32,000 nucleotides of DNA from an uncultured archaeon (lineage in GTDB: Archaea; Asgardarchaeota; Jordiarchaeia; Jordiarchaeales; Jordiarchaeaceae), in assembly GCA_964510585.1 (NCBI GenBank), contig CAZECW010000020.1:30001-62000 (forward strand), read 5' to 3'. Within the stretch, counting starts at the first letter, position 1. Each line of letters opens with the position of its first letter. The notes beneath the pieces were generated by a model. That model had not been told where the DNA came from, ran no database searches, and worked only from the letters and a program-made list of their open reading frames with translations. Of the stretch, positions 26,166 through 32,000 are shown in pieces. The position numbers and the translations under genes are program-made.

Positions 26166-26689
26166 CCAAACGCACCTTAGACACTAATTTCTAATATAGG
26201 TACACTTGATAGTTATCGTATTAATATTTCAAGATTTAAGATTAACTACAATACCTGTTGAAGATTCAACTTTGGAGTGTAAATCCCTTTTTTTACAGAT
26301 TTAAGAATGTATTGGGTGGCCTTCTAGACATTTTGTATTATGCTCACGGTTTTTGTTGAGCCAAGTGAGTAATTGAAGAGAAACCCCAACAACGTTAGCC
26401 TAAATTAGGGTGAACGCGATTATCCAGATGGGCCCACCGAGTCTAAAAATATACGTTTGAAATACTATTTTTAGTAACGCTTTTTAAAATAATTACCGTT
26501 TTATTCGTCTTTTTACTCCAAATCAAGGTCATTGTGAAATGTTTCACGGACTTAATTATATCTCTTAGTGTTCGAAGAAGGCTTAATTGGCTTAAAAGCA
26601 TATAAAATTATGGTAATAATCTAAAATAATTAAAGGGTGAGGATCATTCTGTGCAGTAAGGTTCTAGGCTTGGTGCTCTCCAAAAAATT

Positions 26690-27136
26690 TTGGAAGTAAT
26701 GATGAAGAAGTGCTCTCTAAGGACCTGTGTAGCCTCTTCAGTGGAGGGCTTTGTTATTGCATCAGCGAAATCACCGGAATTTGATAAAGGAGTGGCTGCT
26801 GCAATGGCTTCATTTGCGCTATCAGCGGCTAAAAGGACAAAAAGTGAACTGGGACTGTGGAATTTGAGTGATGTGCTAATAAGGTGTTCTGGAGGCAAAG
26901 TGTTTTTCAAAGTGGTGGATGTTTCTCCAGAAGAATCATTTATACTCTCCGCTCTCATTCCTCCACTAGTTCGGTACTATAAGAGGGGAATAAATATAGC
27001 TGCTAGTGGAATTAAAGATTATTCGAACAAGATAACTTTCAAAATAGATAAATTTGTCAACTATAATTCAGGTCCAGCACTTAAAACATTACAGCCACAT
27101 TTCGATTTTTTAAATGCGAAATGGGAGAGGTTTTAG
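26690..27136 (+). CDS. Roadblock/LC7-domain protein (5' end uncertain)
   Basis: CVASSVEGFVIAS, AAAMASFALSAAKRTKSELG, VLIRCSGGKVFF and ILSAL match the roadblock pattern. Homology appears to continue upstream in frame to a TAA at 26657. Confidence 0.8.
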   Translation: MEVMMKKCSLRTCVASSVEGFVIASAKSPEFDKGVAAAMASFALSAAKRTKSELGLWNLSDVLIRCSGGKVFFKVVDVSPEESFILSALIPPLVRYYKRGINIAASGIKDYSNKITFKIDKFVNYNSGPALKTLQPHFDFLNAKWERF

Positions 27137-27849
27137 TGTATAAAAAAGCGGAAACTGTTATCTCGATTATAAAAAGGTTGAGAGAGGGGGAAGCTCTAGA
27201 TTTTGAAGAACTTAAAGATATGGTGGACGACCAAGAGCTTTTTGACCTATTAACTGCTCAGGGATTTGTTGATCCTGCTAAGCGCAGAATTAACTTTAAT
27301 TTGGAAACCAGACTTCAGCTTTCTCTAGTTGCTTTAAAATTTGGTGCGGATATAGAGAGGGTTTGTAAACTTTTAAGCTGGAAGGAATTTGAAGCCTTCT
27401 CAAGAACTGTGCTTGAGACTAACAATTTTTTCTGCATCCAAAATTTTAGATTCAGCCAAAATCAAAAAAGGTATGAAATAGATGTTGTGGGATTAAAGAA
27501 TCCTTTAATCCTATGTGTTGATTCCAAACATTACAAAAAATCTGGCAAGAATCATTTATTGAGAACTTACTGTAAAAAACAAATTGAGAGGGCTGAAGCT
27601 CTTTCAAAGGCGTTGCCTAAAATGTTTCTAAAAATGGGACTATGGGGGTGGAAGGAGGTAAAGATTATACCATTAATTGTCACCTTGCTAGCAGAGGGAG
27701 TTAGTTTTTCTGAGAGAGTTCCTATTGTCCCATTTTTCAAGTTCAACAGTTTCGTTATGGACCTACAAAACTACCTCAATCAGGTATACCAGATTTACAC
27801 TAAACTACCTATCATCAAACAGTTGGGAAAACAAAAACAGCAGCTATGA
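27136..27849 (+). CDS. Restriction-endonuclease-like (Mrr/NERD PD-(D/E)xK) protein with N-terminal helical domain
   Basis: WKEFEAF, EIDVVG and CVDSKHY. Probable GTG 27136 start overlaps the roadblock TAG; the ORF is open from ATG 27121. Confidence 0.8.
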   Translation: MYKKAETVISIIKRLREGEALDFEELKDMVDDQELFDLLTAQGFVDPAKRRINFNLETRLQLSLVALKFGADIERVCKLLSWKEFEAFSRTVLETNNFFCIQNFRFSQNQKRYEIDVVGLKNPLILCVDSKHYKKSGKNHLLRTYCKKQIERAEALSKALPKMFLKMGLWGWKEVKIIPLIVTLLAEGVSFSERVPIVPFFKFNSFVMDLQNYLNQVYQIYTKLPIIKQLGKQKQQL

Positions 27850-27938
27850 ACTCAGAAAAAAGGTACCCTTCAGGAAACTTTTTATTTGTCCTTTTCTTTG
27901 AGTTGTGCGGTTCACCAAGCGGGAACCTTTTTTGAAAT

Positions 27939-28487
27939 TTAAACCGCACCGATTATTTCAGAAAATATTCTCTTATATATCATCTCACGATTATTTCTAG
28001 TTAAGTTAATTATTTCAATGTCTCTTCTTCTTTTAATCTCTTCAACGAAGGGGTGTTGGACGTTTTTTCCAATTGTGCCAAGCACAGGTTTGGGGGAATC
28101 AAAAGCTTCGCGTACTGCAACCGCGAATTCCGGCGCCAAAAGTTCCATTTTTCCAATTTCATCTATTATAATTAAATTCGCCTTCTGAATCGCCTCTCTG
28201 ATGGCCTGCACTCCAATACCCTTTATGTTTTCAAGGATCACACCATACTTGCCAACTCTGTATTCACTTTTTAAATCCGCCTTAGCCAAAAAATCTTGCT
28301 CATTGCTAAGAAGATTAACTATGAAAAAACCTACACGAACATTTTTTCCCTGCATCAATACTCTTTGCTCAGGGGTGATAATGCCACCAACCATCATGTT
28401 GCGTTCTCGAGCCTCTCTAACAATCTGGTTTATTAGACTGCTTTTTCCAACCCCTGGAGGCCCAGTAATTAACAAATTAACCTTCAC
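27939..28487 (-). CDS. Nucleoside-triphosphatase (THEP1/COG1618 NTPase)
   Basis: LITGPPGVGKS, GGIITPE, RVGFFI, VGKYGV and IIIDEIGKMEL. GTG 28487 follows GGAGGGTG; the ORF is open to 28508. Confidence 0.92.
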   Translation of the reverse strand: MKVNLLITGPPGVGKSSLINQIVREARERNMMVGGIITPEQRVLMQGKNVRVGFFIVNLLSNEQDFLAKADLKSEYRVGKYGVILENIKGIGVQAIREAIQKANLIIIDEIGKMELLAPEFAVAVREAFDSPKPVLGTIGKNVQHPFVEEIKRRRDIEIINLTRNNREMIYKRIFSEIIGAV

Positions 28488-28674
28488 ACCTTTACACCCT
28501 CCTACCATAATTAGGGAGATAAATATACCCTTTTTTGCCTAGTATAATAGAAAATCTTCTTAATAATTGACTACAAATGACTTGATAATGCTGATTCCCT
28601 TAAATAATCTTTCAATATTATTAAATTATAAAACCACTAATCATAAATTAATAGTATATCTGGAGTGATCTTTT

Positions 28675-29313
28675 ATGAGCGAGGAGGATGAACGCGTAAG
28701 AAGAAGTGCGATTCGTCTAGTGGCAGAGATACAAAGCGTGCAGCAAAGCTCTCAATTTGAAGTGAACTCATTCTTTGAGAGCCTGCGCAGAGAACTTTTC
28801 GAAAGCGAGAAAACAACGTTCAGCAATATGGATATGAGCAGAATTTTATCCCGGTTACAAAACCTAATTATGGATCTGCTTAATCAGATAGTGGACAGGG
28901 TTTCAGTTGAAGCAGTGAAACAGATCCAGATAATTTTAGGAGATTTAAAGAACGTCCGCGAATCCGAGTTGCTAGCCGAAAAAACAACTTCAGCGGTAAG
29001 GAGAGAAGCTATGGATTATCGACTTAACAAATATATTCAAGACCTTGAAAACCACATCAAATTACTTGAAGAAAGAGAGAGCGCTAGGAAAAAAATGTTG
29101 AAAAATGTGTTAACACGGGACAAAAAGTATCAAATCCTCGCTCTACTTGAAAACGAGAAAGGATTAAGTTACACAGAAATATCCAAACAACTTTCACTCA
29201 CCAGAACAAAGGTCAACGAATACATTAAAGAGCTGGAAAAAAGCAATCTCGTTTCCGTAGATAAAAACAAAAAACCCTATCTGATAACACTCAAACAAAC
29301 CCTATGGCTTTAG
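28675..29313 (+). CDS. Coiled-coil protein with C-terminal winged HTH (putative transcription regulator)
   Basis: Long amphipathic helices followed by KYQILALLENEKGLSYTEISKQLSLTRTKVNEYIKELEKSNLV. Confidence 0.75.
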   Translation: MSEEDERVRRSAIRLVAEIQSVQQSSQFEVNSFFESLRRELFESEKTTFSNMDMSRILSRLQNLIMDLLNQIVDRVSVEAVKQIQIILGDLKNVRESELLAEKTTSAVRREAMDYRLNKYIQDLENHIKLLEERESARKKMLKNVLTRDKKYQILALLENEKGLSYTEISKQLSLTRTKVNEYIKELEKSNLVSVDKNKKPYLITLKQTLWL

Positions 29314-29422
29314 CAAACCCTTATACGCTTATGCTTCTTAGAAAGCATGAAACCAATTTTTCATGTTAAAAATGAATTAAAATTATCTTCAGTTGCTATG
29401 AGCGCATCAGGATTGTGGAGTT

Positions 29423-29749
29423 ATGAGCAGAAAAGCATCTACACCCAGTATTCGCATAGTAGTAGAGTATTTCTATAACCCGAACTCAATTGAGTGCAAG
29501 AACTTTATGAAACTCGTGGTGAACCCTCTAATGAGGAATCCCCGGAAGGATGTGGAATGGAAAATAAACAACATTTTCGATCCCAAAGTAAAAAAAGAGA
29601 TTGAAGAATACAAAATAGACGCGGTTCCCGCACTGGTAATCAACAAAAATAGAACTCTAATAGGATTCAACAGGCAAGAAACAATAAAATCCATTATAGA
29701 CGAAGAAATAGAAAAGGAAAGAAAAAGACGAGAAGTGAAACTTGAATAA
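29423..29749 (+). CDS. Thioredoxin-fold protein with SxxC active site
   Basis: VVEYFYNPNSIECKNF, EYKIDAVPALVIN (cis-Pro loop) and LIGF...IIDEE. Confidence 0.75.
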   Translation: MSRKASTPSIRIVVEYFYNPNSIECKNFMKLVVNPLMRNPRKDVEWKINNIFDPKVKKEIEEYKIDAVPALVINKNRTLIGFNRQETIKSIIDEEIEKERKRREVKLE

Positions 29750-29945
29750 CCCTTAAACTAATTAAAATTTTCACTATGCGTATCAGTACAAGGAGTACAA
29801 GTTTTGTTTTGTGGCGGCGTTCTATCTTCTTCTATGAAGGTTTGTTGCAGATCAAATAGGGTTTAATCTGTGTCCTTTTTCTAGAACAAGTTAAAAAGAT
29901 AGTGCAAAACACTCAAAAGGTATGCAGTAAGTTAAATGTTATTCG

Positions 29946-31874
29946 TTAGATTTTCTTTGAGATTTCTTGCATAATTTCGACGCAGCGGGTGCCATCCTTT
30001 ACGGTAACTTGGGGGGAGGCATTGTTGGCTGCGCACTGAACGAAGTAATTGATTTCAGCATCGTAACTGTAATGTGTTCTGCGGACTGCCATTGTTAGCT
30101 TGTTAACCAAGTCTGTGAGGGTGGACTCTACAGTGTATTTGGTTTCTCTTTTTTCGTCTTTTCTTCTCAGTTTTATAGAGAACGGGGATCTTAGGATGTC
30201 TAGTTTTAGGGTGGCTTTTTTGCCCCTTATTTCCCAGGGAAATGAGGGGATTATGCTGTCTCCGAACCAGCTTAATTCAATGTTTGCAGTTGCTCCATTT
30301 TCCATGTTAAACGTCAGGTCTGCATTGTCGTAGACGCCATACCTTTCTATGGTGGCAGTGGCTTTTTGCACTTTTTCAATTTCTCCACATAGGTATCTTA
30401 GCATGTCTATGGCGTGGGGTCCAAGGTCTGTTATGACGCCGTATTTGTCTTTGAATCTGAAGGGTGTTAGGGCCTTCCATGTCCTTTGGTCGCTCTTGAA
30501 TAGTGCCTTTATTTCTTTTATTTCTCCGATTTTTCCTCGAGAGATAATCTCATTTGCAAGTTTTACGCTTGGTGTGAATCTGTAGTTGAAGGCGGGCATG
30601 ACAATTTTTTTGATTCCATTCAAAGCTTCCATTATTGTGTAGCAGTCTCTGGCGTTGGTTGCTAGAGGTTTTTCGCATAATACGTGTTTTCCTTTTTCTA
30701 GGGCTTCTATGGTTATGGTTTTGTGGAGTTCGGGAGGGGTGCAAATGGAAACGGCATCGATTTTTCTGTTTTCCAGGAGGTCGTGGTAATCAGTGTAAAC
30801 TTCCCGCACGTTAAACTTTTTTTGAATTTCCCAGAGTCTTTCCTGATTGGGGTCTGCTGCGGCTTCTAGCCTCACGTTTTCAAGCTTTGAGTAGCCAGGG
30901 AAGTGTAGGAGTTCCGCGATTTTACCTGCACCAATGACTCCTATCCCAACCTCTTTAACTCCAGATAGCCTTGTGGTCTTGCTGGGTAGGAACAGCATTC
31001 TAAGTGTGGATGTGCCGTCTTTTACCAAGCCTGTAACTGAAATCTCTGGCCTCCTAAACTTTTTAGCGACTGATTTGGGATCAACCCCTACCACTTCGAT
31101 TTTTGATAGGTCAATTTCACCCACTCCTCCCTGGTGGGTTTTCACTATGGTCTTTATTTTTTGGGGTTTAAAGCCCATTATATGGGCTGCGACGGAATCA
31201 ACTGTAACTGGGTCTCTACCGCACAAAATCACGTTCATATCCACAGGCGTGCCGACTATGGGGCCTCTTCCCTCCATCCCTATGATTCCATCCACCACTA
31301 TAAGGTCTTGTTTTACTGCCAGATTTATTAAGGGGATGATTTCCTCCAGGATGGGGTGATAAAATGCAGCTTTACTCTTTTCAGGGAGAAGTCCATACAG
31401 GTTTTTTAGGGCAACCGTAATAACTGTGATTTCGTGAGTTTTCAGTTTTGGAACATTTATAAAGTAAGGCGCCTCCAAAACAGTTTTGGGTAAGCGAATC
31501 TTTCTCTGACCTACCTCCACGTCTACAATTTCGTCGTGGCTCAGATTAAGGAAGGAAACCTGGTTTTTTCTTATAACTCCCATAGCTCCGCTCTGTTCCA
31601 TTCTTATCTCAGCTGGATTTGATGTGCTGTCGCTTTCAACAACCAAGACTTTGTTTGAATGATCCTTAGCCACATGAATAACCGCATCAAGGACACGCAA
31701 ATCAGTATTCACATTACCATAAATGTCCTTATGATAACAAATGTTAGGCTTTATTACTATCTGGTCACCATAATCTACATCTATTCCGCCGATTAGTTCA
31801 ATTCCCTTCCTAACTGTTGCTTCCACATCCTTAACTTTCAACAAACTTACTTTGGGCAAACTGTACGCCTCCAT
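29946..31874 (-). CDS. Fusion of DUF362 (Fe-S associated) and Gfo/Idh/MocA NAD(P)-dependent oxidoreductase
   Basis: N-half has IVIKPNI, FINVPKLKTH, VALKNLYG, VVDGIIGMEGRGP and DPVTVD. C-half has GIGVIGAG, AVSICTPPELH, KHVLCEKP and DLGPHAID. Single uninterrupted ORF. Confidence 0.88.
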   Translation of the reverse strand: MEAYSLPKVSLLKVKDVEATVRKGIELIGGIDVDYGDQIVIKPNICYHKDIYGNVNTDLRVLDAVIHVAKDHSNKVLVVESDSTSNPAEIRMEQSGAMGVIRKNQVSFLNLSHDEIVDVEVGQRKIRLPKTVLEAPYFINVPKLKTHEITVITVALKNLYGLLPEKSKAAFYHPILEEIIPLINLAVKQDLIVVDGIIGMEGRGPIVGTPVDMNVILCGRDPVTVDSVAAHIMGFKPQKIKTIVKTHQGGVGEIDLSKIEVVGVDPKSVAKKFRRPEISVTGLVKDGTSTLRMLFLPSKTTRLSGVKEVGIGVIGAGKIAELLHFPGYSKLENVRLEAAADPNQERLWEIQKKFNVREVYTDYHDLLENRKIDAVSICTPPELHKTITIEALEKGKHVLCEKPLATNARDCYTIMEALNGIKKIVMPAFNYRFTPSVKLANEIISRGKIGEIKEIKALFKSDQRTWKALTPFRFKDKYGVITDLGPHAIDMLRYLCGEIEKVQKATATIERYGVYDNADLTFNMENGATANIELSWFGDSIIPSFPWEIRGKKATLKLDILRSPFSIKLRRKDEKRETKYTVESTLTDLVNKLTMAVRRTHYSYDAEINYFVQCAANNASPQVTVKDGTRCVEIMQEISKKI

Positions 31875-32000
31875 AGCAAGCTACGCCAGAAGATATCCTA
31901 GTCCTCAAACATGCTGTACCTGCTTTAGTTAACAGATATACTATTCACACGGCGCTTTTTATTTTTGAGTTTTTTCCCACTTTATTTCCTTTCTTCTTAC

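Noticed and set aside
26166-26634. Long intergenic region with weak hairpins (e.g. GCTCAC...GTGAGT) as a possible ncRNA or small ORF
   Set aside because: Only very short ORFs seen on the plus strand (minus strand not fully checked), no C/D or H/ACA boxes, and no convincing stable structure; probably divergent promoters.
26651-26694. Possible second BHB intron explaining the TAA in the roadblock 5' region
   Set aside because: The best central helix (GTGC/GTGC) needs two G.U pairs and the bulge/helix geometry does not close, so it is not comparable to the alba motif.
29786-29802. AGTACAAG-G-AGTACAAG short tandem repeat
   Set aside because: Two 8-bp copies only; not a CRISPR or iteron array.
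1-32000. CRISPR arrays, rRNA genes, transposases or proviral genes
   Set aside because: No regularly spaced repeats, rRNA-like segments, or transposase, integrase or capsid motifs were seen.

Overview
AT-rich archaeal chromosomal window, most likely from an Asgard archaeon. This is inferred from a longin-domain protein, a second longin-like fusion, a roadblock protein, an E2F/DP-like winged helix and a possible Vps28-like bundle, next to H4MPT biosynthesis genes, rps25e and alba. It holds about 36 CDSs and an intron-containing tRNA-Gln(CTG); no rRNA, CRISPR array or transposase is visible. The top finding is that alba (22050..22406) is split by a 30-nt insert carrying an in-frame TAG. The insert folds into a bulge-helix-bulge (BHB) motif whose canonical cleavage positions (22143|22144 and 22173|22174) exactly restore the Alba frame (KPTM-SYV), making it a candidate endonuclease-spliced mRNA intron. 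Other notable items: a 139-bp foldback MITE-like element with 17-bp TIRs and an 8-bp target duplication (11663..11801); an E2F/DP-like transcription factor; a longin/coiled-coil/RPC34-TFEbeta-like fusion; a DUF362-Gfo/Idh/MocA fusion; tandem COG1665 nucleotidyltransferases behind mptA; and an apparent kb-scale sawtooth G/T-to-A/C skew that resets at intergenic spacers. All family calls come from motif recognition by eye; no database searches were run.
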